A stretch of 64,000 bases of DNA from Bacteroidales bacterium (GTDB taxonomy: Bacteria > Bacteroidota > Bacteroidia > Bacteroidales > WCHB1-69). Below the pieces are notes generated by a model. The model made no database searches, was not told the origin of the DNA, and saw only the letters and a program-made list of their open reading frames with translations. The DNA lies in assembly GCA_017395245.1 (NCBI GenBank), contig JAFPVR010000116.1, forward strand, positions 22,086-86,085, read 5' to 3'. This document shows positions 42,755 to 52,191 of the stretch, piece by piece (position 1 is the stretch's first letter; each line of letters begins with the position of its first letter). A program made the translations under genes and the position numbers.

Positions 42755-45355
42755 ATGAATCCGAATAATTTAACAATCAAAACCCAAGAAGTCATCGGGA
42801 ACGCCCAGATGCTGGCGGCCCGGAATCAAAACCAGCAGGTCGACACGCTGCACATCCTCAAGTCGATGCTCGACACCGACGACAATGTGATCCCCTTCCT
42901 GCTGAAGAAACAGTCGTGCAACCCGCAGACGCTCAAGGCGGCGGTGGAGCGCGAAATCAACCGTCTGCCCAAGAGCAGCGGCACTGAAATCTACCTCGGC
43001 GGCACCACCCAGACCGCCATGCAGAAGGCCGCGATGTTCTGTGATGCATCCGGCGACGAGTACATGGCGCTCGAGCACCTGTTCTACGGCATCTTCATGG
43101 CCGGCGGACAGGCGGCGCAGATGCTCAAGGACGCCGGTATCACCGAGAAGAGCCTCAAGGCGGCCATCGCGGAGCTGCACAACGGCAAGAAGGTGAACGG
43201 AGAAAACTCCGAAGAGACCTTCAACGCCTTGAACAAGTATGCCAAGAACCTCAACGAGATGGCCCGCAAGGGCAAACTCGACCCGGTTATCGGCCGTGAT
43301 GAGGAAATTCGCCGTGTGCTGCAGATTCTGTCGCGCCGTACCAAGAACAACCCGATTCTCATCGGTGAGGCGGGTGTCGGCAAGACCGCCATTGCGGAGG
43401 GCTTGGCCCAGCGTTTGGTGAGCGGCGATATTCCCGAGAACTTGAAAACCAAGAAGTTGTTTTCCCTTGACATGGGCGCCCTCATTGCCGGTGCCAAGTA
43501 CAAGGGCGAGTTCGAGGAGCGGTTGAAGAGCGTTGTGAACGAGGTCATTGAGTCCAACGGCGAAATCATCCTCTTCATCGACGAAATCCACACCCTCGTG
43601 GGCGCGGGTGCGTCGGGCGAAGGTGCAATGGATGCCGCCAACATCCTCAAACCTGCGCTGGCCCGTGGCGAACTGCGCTCCATCGGCGCGACCACCTTGG
43701 ACGAGTACCAGAAGTACTTCGAAAAGGATAAAGCCCTTGAGCGTCGTTTCCAACCCGTAAAAATCGAGGAACCCGACAAATACAGCGCCATCTCCATCCT
43801 TCGTGGCTTGAAGGAGCGCTACGAGAACCACCACCAGGTGAAAATCATGGACGAGGCCATCATCGCGGCCGTGGAGCTGTCGCAGCGTTACATCGGCGAC
43901 CGTTTCCTCCCCGACAAGGCCATCGACCTCATCGACGAGGCTGCTGCCAAGCTAAAGTTAGAGATTAACTCCGTGCCTGAAGAACTCGACGATGTGCAAC
44001 ACCGTATCTCCCAGCTCGAAATTGAGCGCGAGGCGTTGAAAATCGAGAAGGACGAGAAAAAGGTCGAGCAGTTGAGCAAAACGCTCGCCGAATTGCAGGA
44101 GCAACGCAACGCCCTTTCCACGAAATGGCGCAGCGAGAAGGAAATTATGGACAAGATCCAGCACTGCAAGGACGAAATCGAGAATTACAAGCTTGAGGCC
44201 GCGGACCAGGAGCGCCAGGGCAATTATGGCCGTGTCGCGGAGTTGCGCTACGGACTCATCAAAAACGATGAGGACCAGATCGTGAAACTCCAGGAGGAAC
44301 TTGAAAAGCTGCAGGGCGGTCATGCCATGATTGACGAGAAGGTCACCGCCGACGATATCGCCGAGGTGGTGGCGCGCTGGACCGGCATCCCCGTCACCAA
44401 GATGATGCAGAGTGAGAAGTCGAAACTGTTGCACTTGGAGGAGGAATTGCACAAGCGGGTTATCGGTCAGGACGAGGCCATCACGGCCGTCTCCGACGCC
44501 ATCCGCCGCAGCCGTGCGGGCTTGCAGGATCCTCGCCGTCCGTTGGGCTCCTTCATCTTCATGGGCACCACGGGCGTCGGCAAGACCGAGTTAGCGAAAG
44601 CGCTGGCCGAGTACCTCTTCAACACCGAGGAGGCTATGACGCGGTTCGACATGAGCGAGTTCCAGGAATCCTACTCCGTCTCCCGACTCATCGGTTCGCC
44701 TCCCGGCTATGTGGGTTACGACGAGGGTGGTCAGCTCACCGAGAAAGTGCGCCGGAAACCCTACTCCGTGATCCTCTTCGACGAGATCGAAAAAGCGCAT
44801 CCGGATGTCTTCAACGTGCTATTGCAAGTGCTTGACGACGGGCGACTTACGGACAACAAGGGTAGGGTGGCCGACTTCAAGAACACCATCATCATCATGA
44901 CGTCCAATCTCGGTTCCAACATTATCCAAGAGAACTACTCCAACCCGAATGGACAGTCCGAGGAGGAAATCTTCCGGAAGACGAAGGCCGAGCTCAATGA
45001 GATGCTGAAGAAGACCTTGAAGCCCGAGTTCCTGAACCGTATCGATGAGATTGTGATGTTCCAGCCGTTGTCGAAGCGCGAGATCAAGGACATCATCAAC
45101 CTGCAGCTCAACAACTTGAGCAAGATGTTGGAGCAGAAGAACCTGAAGATCGAGTTCAGCGACTACGCGTTGAAGCTCCTGGCCGACTTGGGCTACGACC
45201 CGATGTACGGCGCCCGTCCGCTGAAGAGGGTCATCCAGAAGCAGATCATGAACGAGCTGTCGAAGCTGATCCTCTCCGAAGACATGGCCCCCGGCGACAC
45301 CATCATGGTGGACTCGATGGAGGACGGGAAGTTCGTCTTCTACAAGAAAGACTGA
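42755..45355 (+). CDS. clpB: ATP-dependent chaperone ClpB
   Basis: [18 protein letters not shown] twice, middle coiled coil with AELRYG, GARPLKR. Confidence 0.97.
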   Translation: MNPNNLTIKTQEVIGNAQMLAARNQNQQVDTLHILKSMLDTDDNVIPFLLKKQSCNPQTLKAAVEREINRLPKSSGTEIYLGGTTQTAMQKAAMFCDASGDEYMALEHLFYGIFMAGGQAAQMLKDAGITEKSLKAAIAELHNGKKVNGENSEETFNALNKYAKNLNEMARKGKLDPVIGRDEEIRRVLQILSRRTKNNPILIGEAGVGKTAIAEGLAQRLVSGDIPENLKTKKLFSLDMGALIAGAKYKGEFEERLKSVVNEVIESNGEIILFIDEIHTLVGAGASGEGAMDAANILKPALARGELRSIGATTLDEYQKYFEKDKALERRFQPVKIEEPDKYSAISILRGLKERYENHHQVKIMDEAIIAAVELSQRYIGDRFLPDKAIDLIDEAAAKLKLEINSVPEELDDVQHRISQLEIEREALKIEKDEKKVEQLSKTLAELQEQRNALSTKWRSEKEIMDKIQHCKDEIENYKLEAADQERQGNYGRVAELRYGLIKNDEDQIVKLQEELEKLQGGHAMIDEKVTADDIAEVVARWTGIPVTKMMQSEKSKLLHLEEELHKRVIGQDEAITAVSDAIRRSRAGLQDPRRPLGSFIFMGTTGVGKTELAKALAEYLFNTEEAMTRFDMSEFQESYSVSRLIGSPPGYVGYDEGGQLTEKVRRKPYSVILFDEIEKAHPDVFNVLLQVLDDGRLTDNKGRVADFKNTIIIMTSNLGSNIIQENYSNPNGQSEEEIFRKTKAELNEMLKKTLKPEFLNRIDEIVMFQPLSKREIKDIINLQLNNLSKMLEQKNLKIEFSDYALKLLADLGYDPMYGARPLKRVIQKQIMNELSKLILSEDMAPGDTIMVDSMEDGKFVFYKKD

Positions 45356-45359
45356 GCCG

Positions 45360-45650
45360 TAGGAGCTGCGGCATCCCTGCCGCAGAAAGCCATCAGGAGC
45401 TGCGGCATCCCTGCCGCAGAAAGCCATCAGGAGCTGCGGCATCCTTGCCGCAGAAAGCCATCAGGAGCTGCGGCATCCCTGCCGCAGAAAGCCATCAGGA
45501 GCTACGGCATCCTTGCCGCAGAAAGCCATCAGGAGCTGCGGCATCCCTGCCGCAGAAAGCCATCAGGAGCTGCGGCATCCTTGCCGCAGAAAGCCATCAG
45601 GAGCTGCGGTATCCTTGCCGCAGAAAAGGTCGCCAGGAATGGCGACACTC
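45360..45650 (+). repeat. Family C element with left arm amplified eight times (34-bp period)
   Basis: AGGAGCTGCGGCATCCYTGCCGCAGAAAGCCATC at 45361, 45395 ... 45599, closed by one GTCGCCAGGAATGGCGAC arm; no spacers. Confidence 0.92.
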
Positions 45651-45784
45651 ATACAAACGACAGAATAACAGTTGTTATAGAGAAGTTTGCAGTTGAGGGG
45701 AACTCGAAAGGGTTCCCCTTGACTGTTTTAAACAGGGCGCGACACATTTGCCATTTGAGGGAAACGCAACGGCCTCCCCATGGT

Positions 45785-45812
45785 GTAGAGACGCAAAATT
45801 TTGCGTCTCTAC
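45785..45812. repeat. GTAG-type REP
   Basis: GTAGAGACGCAAAATTTTGCGTCTCTAC. Confidence 0.88.
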
Positions 45813-45867
45813 GTGTTGTATAAAGAAAAAATGTATTTTTGCCACATTAATCAAGTAAAATAGAACG

Positions 45868-46182
45868 ATGACTGTAGAGACAATGAAAGACAAAATTAAA
45901 TCCAATGTTTTGGAAATGAATCCAAAGGCAGAGGTTTGGCTTTACGGCTCCCGCGCAAGGGGAACAGCGCGAGCGGATTCAGATTGGGATGTCCTTGTAC
46001 TTACCCCCGACGACAGATTGTCGGTACAGGAAGAGGGACGTTTCATTGATCACATCTGCGAACTGATGGTGTCAACAGGCCAAGTCATCCAACTTTTCGC
46101 ATACGGCAAGTCGGATTGGCACGAACGTCACAGCGTTACACCATTTTACCACAGTGTCCAACGAGAAGCTATAAGACTATGA
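45868..46182 (+). CDS. Minimal nucleotidyltransferase (MNT) antitoxin
   Basis: LYGSRARGTARADSDWDVLV. Confidence 0.88.
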   Translation: MTVETMKDKIKSNVLEMNPKAEVWLYGSRARGTARADSDWDVLVLTPDDRLSVQEEGRFIDHICELMVSTGQVIQLFAYGKSDWHERHSVTPFYHSVQREAIRL

Positions 46183-46580
46183 ACGATTACGAAGAAGACT
46201 GGACTGCTTTTGTCCGGTATCGTCTGGAAAAAGCGGAAGAGACATACCAAGCTGCGCAAGTTTTGTATGAGGCGGGGCAATGGAATTCTGTTGTCAACAG
46301 GCTTTACTACGCATGCTTTTACGCTGCCTCCGCCATTCTGTTGCACAGACATATAAGCGCAAAATCACACGCAGGAATCATCGGACAGTTTTCCGAAAAT
46401 ATTGTCAGAACAGGAGAAGTGAGCATAGACGATTTCCGTGTCTATTCGAAGCTCCTCAACTGGCGTACAAAAGGCGATTACAGCGACCTTTACGATTTCA
46501 GCAAAGAGGACATTGATATGGTTATGCTTCCGGCACGGCATTTCATAGACCAAGTAAAAGGATTGATTGATTTGCCATAG
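46179..46580 (+). CDS. HEPN domain protein (MNT-HEPN pair)
   Basis: ATGA overlap; NRLYYACFYAA, KSHAG, RTKGDY. Confidence 0.88.
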   Translation: MNDYEEDWTAFVRYRLEKAEETYQAAQVLYEAGQWNSVVNRLYYACFYAASAILLHRHISAKSHAGIIGQFSENIVRTGEVSIDDFRVYSKLLNWRTKGDYSDLYDFSKEDIDMVMLPARHFIDQVKGLIDLP

Positions 46581-46706
46581 AGATAAATTGACAAACTCAT
46601 TTGTAAAGAATACTATAACCCCATTTTTTTACCAAACCCCAAAGAACACCAAAAAGTAGAACTGAAATTATAACATATTGACATAAAGCGTTTTCGCTTT
46701 TCTTTG

Positions 46707-46846
46707 TTAAGTCGAAATCTGGTAAATTTCAACAACTTAGTACACAAGAAAAGAGAAACGTTCACGGTATCCGTGGACTTTTCTTGTTTGTACTAAGGGT
46801 TTTACCAGAACCTCGACTTAAAACAAAAAGTTTCACGGATTTTTTA
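46707..46846 (+). ncRNA. Candidate cis-regulatory leader RNA (long hairpin with an alternative terminator fold)
   Basis: Five nested complementary arm pairs; alternative pairing of 46769-46789 with 46821-46840 followed by a T-run. Confidence 0.55.
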
Positions 46847-46909
46847 TGTTTGGAACAGAAAGGCGGAAACGGTTTCAACTAACTGAATACAAACATAAAA
46901 ATACCGAAT

Positions 46910-48336
46910 ATGAAAAGATTTCCTCTTTGATTGCAATCCTCCTGCTTTGCGCGGTCAGTCTCTTCGCGCAAGCACCCGAGAAGTTCACCTACCAGGCGGT
47001 GGTGCGCAACGCTAACAACAGCCTGGTCACCAACGTGCAGGTGGGCGTGCGCGTGAGCATCCTGCAAGGAAGTGCATCGGGCACCGCCGACTATGTGGAA
47101 GTGCATACCGCCACCACAAACGCCAACGGACTTGTCACTGTCATCATCGGCGACGGAACGGTGCAGCAGGGCACCTTCGCCGACATCGACTGGGCAAACG
47201 GTCCTTCCATTCCTGCGGTGCCTACTAACGTGAGCGCTTTCACCAATGATGCAGGTTATCTTACCAGTTATACTGAAACAGACCCGCTGTTCACCGCCTG
47301 GGACAAGAACTACAACGACCTCACCAACAAGCCGACTATCCCTACTGTCCCTACCGTCGTTAGTGCCTTCAACAACGACGCGGGTTATATCACGGCAACG
47401 CAGGTGCCCGCTCAGGTCAACGCAGACTGGAATGCCACGTCGGGCGCGACACAGGTTCTGAACAAACCGACCTTATTCAGCGGCAACTATAACGACCTCA
47501 CCGACAAGCCCGAAAATATCTCGGTGCCGGATAGTGTGAGCGCCTTCGTAAATGATGCGGGTTACATTACACAAGACCAGCTAAACACCTTGCTCGGCGG
47601 CTTTAACTCCCTGATAGACAGTCTCAGCAACGAGATTTACACCCTCCGTATGATGATGGACACCACCCTTTACACCGTGACCGTGATGGCCAACAACGAC
47701 TCGATAGGCAGTGTCTTTGGCAGCGGCAGTTTCCGTTGGGGCGCCACCGACACGCTCATCGCCGTTCCCGATCCCGGATATCAACTCAAATACTGGGTTT
47801 CCAACCTCGGCGACACGCTTACGAACAGCACAATAGTAATCACTGTGAAACAAAATGTAGTTTGGATCGCTTATTTTGATCTACAAGAGTTACCTCAATG
47901 GATGAATTATTCAAATGATACTTGGCATGATATGTACACCACTATAAGTGAATTGAAATCTAGTGCTGTTCTTAATACATCTAAAGTAACTAATAAAACA
48001 GGTGTTTGGAATGATTTATCTTATACAGATTATATAATGGATAGTAATATAGACTATTATTTCCCATTTATTGAATCTCCAGTTGCTTTAACTGATGCTA
48101 ATATAATAATTAAAATCCCTGAGGGAAAATCATTAAAAGTGTTTACATATACTACTATATCTGGTTGGGTAGAGGATAATTCATTATTTACAAATACCGG
48201 TAACAATATTTATTCTTGGGCATCGTCTATAAATGGAAAAGCAATATACGGAATAATTTGTATTTTTTTTATTTTTGCGACTTGTTTCTTCTGCGCACGA
48301 ATGATGGTTGTCGCAGAGCATGTGTTTTCAAAGTGA
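46910..48336 (+). pseudogene. Degenerate paralog of the 33413 fibre protein with a different AT-rich C-terminus
   Basis: ATGAAAAGATT (A4 vs A5 in paralog) puts the ATG out of frame with ISSLIAILLLCAVSLFAQAPEKFTYQAVVRN; N-domain cut after DWANGP. Confidence 0.75.
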
Positions 48337-48366
48337 ATAATTAATAACTGTTTGAAATATAAGAAT

Positions 48367-50382
48367 ATGGAAGAAGAAAAAACTACGATTGAAGAACCCG
48401 AAAACGAAATCAAGCTTCCCGAAAATGCGTATCGGGAACTCAAGGAGGGCGAGGAGTACAAGCCCATCCTGCTGAGCGACAAGCAGTATCCCGAACTGAA
48501 CGGCTGGACCATCTTCTGGGGCCTCCTGATGGCGGTCATCTTCTCGGCGGCCACCGCGTATGCGGGTCTGCGCTTCGGGCAGGTCTTCGAGGCGGCCATC
48601 CCCATCGCTATCATCGCCGTGGGTATCTCCACGCTGGCGAAACGGAAGAGTCCGCTGTCGGAAAACGTGCTCATCCAGTCGATTGGCGCGAGCTCCGGCG
48701 TGATTGTGGCGGGTGCCATCTTCACGCTGCCGGCCATCTACATTATTAAGGAGACCAACCCTGCGGCGGGCGCGGAAATCCAGGTCAACTTTTTCCAGAT
48801 TTTCATGGCGTCGCTGCTCGGCGGCTTCCTCGGCATCCTCTTCCTGATACCGTTCCGCAAGTACTTCGTCTCCGACATGCACGGCAAGTACCCGTTCCCC
48901 GAAGCCACCGCCACCACCGAGATCATTGTCTCGGGTGCTAAGGGCGGCAACCAGGCCAAACTGTTGTTGATCAGCGGTTTGGTTGGCGGTCTCTACGACT
49001 TTCTGATGACGACCTTCCACTTCTGGGCCGACACCATCTCCACCCGCATGACGGGCTGGGGCGAGAAGTTGGCCATGAACCACAAGTTCGTCTTCAAGAT
49101 GAGCGCGGAGTCCATCCTGTTGGGCACGGGCTACCTGATCGGCCTCAAATACGCGGCCATCATCTGCGCCGGCTCCGCTTTGTCGTGGTGGGTGCTGACC
49201 CCGCTGCTCGGCCAGTACGGCATGGTTGACGTGGACGGTGTGCAGACCGCCATGAGCACCCTCGACCCTGACATAATCTTTTCTCACTATGTGCGTTACA
49301 TCGGCATCGGCGGTATCGCGATGGCCGGTATCCTCGGCGTGATCAAGTCGGCGGGTGTCATCAAGAAATCACTCGGCGTGGCCATGAAGGCGGGCAAGAA
49401 CGCCGGTACCACCGGTGAGGTGCCCCGCACGCAGCGCGACCTCCCGATGAAGGTCATCCTCTTCGGCTTCCTCGCCGTCATCGTGATGATGGTGCTGTTC
49501 TTCTTCTTCGGTGGTATGCAGATGAACCTCACGCAAGTCCTTGTCGGACTGTTAGTCGTCTTCCTCTTCGCGTTCCTGTTCACCACGGTCGCGGCCACAG
49601 CCATTGCCACGGTGGGCACCAACCCCGTCTCCGGCATGACCATGATGACGCTGATTCTCAGCTCCTTCATCCTCGCTTCTGTCGGTTTGAAGGGCGGCAC
49701 GGGCATCATCACCGCGTTGGTGGTGGGCGGCATCGTCTGCTCCGCGCTTTCCATGGCCGGCGGCTTCATCACTGACCTGAAAGTCGGTTACTGGATCGGC
49801 TCCTCGCCTTACAAACAGCAGGCTTTCAAGTTCGTGGGCACGTTCGTCTCCGCGCTGACGGTCGGTGCAGTCATCATGTTGCTTTCCAAGACTTACGGAT
49901 ATACAGGCGAGAACGCCCTTGTCGCCCCGCAGGCCAATGCCATGGCGGCCATCATCGAGCCTATGATGTACGGCGGCTCCACCCCGTGGATTCTCTACAT
50001 TGTGGGCGCCATCTTGGCCATCCTGTTGGATGTGGTCGGTGTTCCCGCATTGGCATTCTCCCTCGGTATGTTCATCCCGTTGCAGCTCAATATCCCGCTG
50101 TTGGTCGGCGGTTTCCTCGCTTGGTTGGTGAAGACCCGCAGCAAAGACGAGGCCATCAACAAGGCCCGCAGCGAGAAGGGTACACTCTTAGCCTCCGGTC
50201 TGCTTGCCGGCGGCGCCATCATGGGCGTCCTCAGCGCCATCCTCAAATACGCCGGCGTCGAACCCACCTTCATGGCCGACTACATCGGTTCGCCCATGTA
50301 CAACATCCTCGCCGTCGTGATGTTCGCCGGATTGTGTGTCTATCTCGTCCTGCACGCGATGCACACTGAGAAAAGTAATTAG
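48367..50382 (+). CDS. OPT-family oligopeptide transporter
   Basis: GQVFEAAIPIA, IFTLPA, PFPEATAT, TNPVSGM, DLKVGYW, APQANAM. Confidence 0.92.
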   Translation: MEEEKTTIEEPENEIKLPENAYRELKEGEEYKPILLSDKQYPELNGWTIFWGLLMAVIFSAATAYAGLRFGQVFEAAIPIAIIAVGISTLAKRKSPLSENVLIQSIGASSGVIVAGAIFTLPAIYIIKETNPAAGAEIQVNFFQIFMASLLGGFLGILFLIPFRKYFVSDMHGKYPFPEATATTEIIVSGAKGGNQAKLLLISGLVGGLYDFLMTTFHFWADTISTRMTGWGEKLAMNHKFVFKMSAESILLGTGYLIGLKYAAIICAGSALSWWVLTPLLGQYGMVDVDGVQTAMSTLDPDIIFSHYVRYIGIGGIAMAGILGVIKSAGVIKKSLGVAMKAGKNAGTTGEVPRTQRDLPMKVILFGFLAVIVMMVLFFFFGGMQMNLTQVLVGLLVVFLFAFLFTTVAATAIATVGTNPVSGMTMMTLILSSFILASVGLKGGTGIITALVVGGIVCSALSMAGGFITDLKVGYWIGSSPYKQQAFKFVGTFVSALTVGAVIMLLSKTYGYTGENALVAPQANAMAAIIEPMMYGGSTPWILYIVGAILAILLDVVGVPALAFSLGMFIPLQLNIPLLVGGFLAWLVKTRSKDEAINKARSEKGTLLASGLLAGGAIMGVLSAILKYAGVEPTFMADYIGSPMYNILAVVMFAGLCVYLVLHAMHTEKSN

Positions 50383-50431
50383 CAGTTAGTATTCAGTAGT
50401 TAGAGAAACACCATAGTATAAAAGAAAATTT

Positions 50432-50607
50432 TTTCCTTAAGCAGTCCCGAAGGGACAAAACGCACGAAGTGCAATTAACCCCACACAAGGCGAAGCCGCA
50501 GTGTGGGGCGGTAAACGAGGAAACAACGAAGTGCAATTAACCCCACACAAGGCGAAGCCGCAGTGTGGGGCCTAACCAATAACCCATAACCAATAACCCA
50601 TAACCAT
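50432..50607 (+). repeat. Family B element (second hairpin duplicated) followed by TAACCAA heptamers before the next start
   Basis: GCAGTCCCGAAGGGACAAAACGCACGAAGTGCAATTAACCCCACACAAGGCGAAGCCGCAGTGTGGGG; (taaccaa/taaccca)5. Confidence 0.88.
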
Positions 50608-50613
50608 TAAGAA

Positions 50614-51231
50614 ATGCACATTGCCGTCGCCGGAAATATAGGATCCGGAAAAACAACGTTAACAGGGATGCTGGCCAAGCATTACGGTTGGGACCCGCTC
50701 TACGAGAGCGTGGAGGACAACCCCTACCTCGCCAGCTTTTACCAGGATATGCAACGCTGGTCGTTCAATATCCAGATTTATTTTCTGAACAGCCGCTTCC
50801 GTCAGGTGCTGGACATCCGCCAGCGCAAGAAGGACGTCATCCAGGACAGGACCATCTACGAGGATGCCTACATCTTCGCGCCGAACCTGCACCGGATGGA
50901 GCTGATGGCCTCGCGCGACTTTGAGAACTACGCCTCGCTGTTCGAGTTGATGAAGAAGTTCCTGCAACCGCCGGATCTGCTCATCTACCTCAAGGCCGAC
51001 GTGGAGACGCTGATTTCGCAGATCCTCAAGCGCGGGCGCGCCTACGAGGGCGACATCAGCCTGTCCTATTTGGAGAATCTCAACAAACTGTATAACAATT
51101 GGATAGACAGCTACACTGACGGAAAACTCCTCGTGGTGGATGTCAACAAGTTGAAATTCGCCGAACGGCCCGAGGATTTCGGGGTCATTATCGAGAAGAT
51201 TGACACGGAATTGTACGGCCTGTTCAAATGA
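50614..51231 (+). CDS. Deoxynucleoside kinase
   Basis: AGNIGSGKTT, QIYFLNSR, QDRTIYED, PDLLIYL, RGRAYE. Confidence 0.93.
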   Translation: MHIAVAGNIGSGKTTLTGMLAKHYGWDPLYESVEDNPYLASFYQDMQRWSFNIQIYFLNSRFRQVLDIRQRKKDVIQDRTIYEDAYIFAPNLHRMELMASRDFENYASLFELMKKFLQPPDLLIYLKADVETLISQILKRGRAYEGDISLSYLENLNKLYNNWIDSYTDGKLLVVDVNKLKFAERPEDFGVIIEKIDTELYGLFK

Positions 51232-51256
51232 GGTTTTTAACACGTTACCCCGGCAT

Positions 51257-51284
51257 GTAGAGACGTTGCGCGCAACGTCTCTAC
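51257..51284. repeat. GTAG-type REP
   Basis: GTAGAGACGTTGCGCGCAACGTCTCTAC. Confidence 0.88.
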
Positions 51285-51312
51285 AACGGAAAACAATTGT
51301 CAACGAACAAAC

Positions 51313-52050
51313 ATGATGCGAGATTTCAACGTTTTCGGCATTATCCCCGCCCGCTACGCCTCGTCGCGATTTCCCGGCAAACCGTTGGCCTTGATCAACG
51401 GCAAGCCGATGGTGCAGTGGGTGTATGAGCGGGTGCAGTCGTCGGAGGTGCGCGACCTGGTGGTGGCCACCGATGACGAGCGCATTGCGCGGTGCGTGCG
51501 GGATTTCGGGGGTAGGGTGGTGATGACCTCGCCCGACCACGCCTCCGGCACCGACCGCTGCGGCGAGGCGGCCTTGTCGCTGGAACCTAATGATAACGAT
51601 GTAGTTATCAACATCCAGGGTGACGAGCCGCTGATCTCCACGAAGGAAATCCATCTTTTGGCCAGTGCCTTCAAGGACCGTTCCGTGCAGATTGCCACGT
51701 TGGTGAACCCCTTCACCGATGCGGCTGTCCTACAGAACCCGAATGTCGTGAAGGTGGTGATGGCAAAGAATGGTAACGTCCTCTATTTCAGCCGTCTGCC
51801 GATTCCCTACATGCGCGAGGGCGGCACCCCGCCAGCGCAATACTACCGTCACATCGGGGTCTACGCCTATCGCTACGGCGTGCTTAAGCAGATTGTGCAG
51901 CTCCCGACCTCCGGATTGGAGAACAGCGAGAAACTCGAACAGCTCCGCTGGCTCGAAAACGGCTACACCATCCGCGCCCTCGCATGCGACTACCAGGGAA
52001 TCGGGGTGGACACGCCGGAAGACCTTGCGAAGTTAGCAGTTAGTAGTTAG
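51313..52050 (+). CDS. kdsB: 3-deoxy-manno-octulosonate cytidylyltransferase
   Basis: IPARYASSRFPGKPL, SGTDR, NIQGDEP, LEQLRWLE, VDTPEDL. Confidence 0.96.
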   Translation: MMRDFNVFGIIPARYASSRFPGKPLALINGKPMVQWVYERVQSSEVRDLVVATDDERIARCVRDFGGRVVMTSPDHASGTDRCGEAALSLEPNDNDVVINIQGDEPLISTKEIHLLASAFKDRSVQIATLVNPFTDAAVLQNPNVVKVVMAKNGNVLYFSRLPIPYMREGGTPPAQYYRHIGVYAYRYGVLKQIVQLPTSGLENSEKLEQLRWLENGYTIRALACDYQGIGVDTPEDLAKLAVSS

Positions 52051-52178
52051 TAGTTAGCAGTTAGCAGTGGAAGATGCCGCACCCCATATAAGAAAGACCT
52101 TTTCCTTGAGCAGCCTCGGAGAGGCAAAACGCGCGATAGCGCAATTAACCCCATACAAGCGAAGCGCAGTGTGGGACA
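52031..52178 (+). repeat. AGTTAGC/AGTTAGT heptamers overlapping the kdsB end, then a family B element (52101-52178)
   Basis: agttagc agttagt agttagt agttagc agttagc; TTCCTTGAGCAGCCTCGGAGAGGC... Confidence 0.85.
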
Positions 52179-52191
52179 TAAACGTAAAGAT

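Noticed and set aside
45361-45630. Possible CRISPR array, and the short ORFs 45445-45823
   Set aside because: 34-bp tandem units without spacers; the ORFs are translations of the repeat.
46846-46909. ORF-track start for the 496-aa protein
   Set aside because: The extension MFGTERR... precedes a signal peptide whose natural ATG (46910) is out of frame, so a frameshift explains it better.
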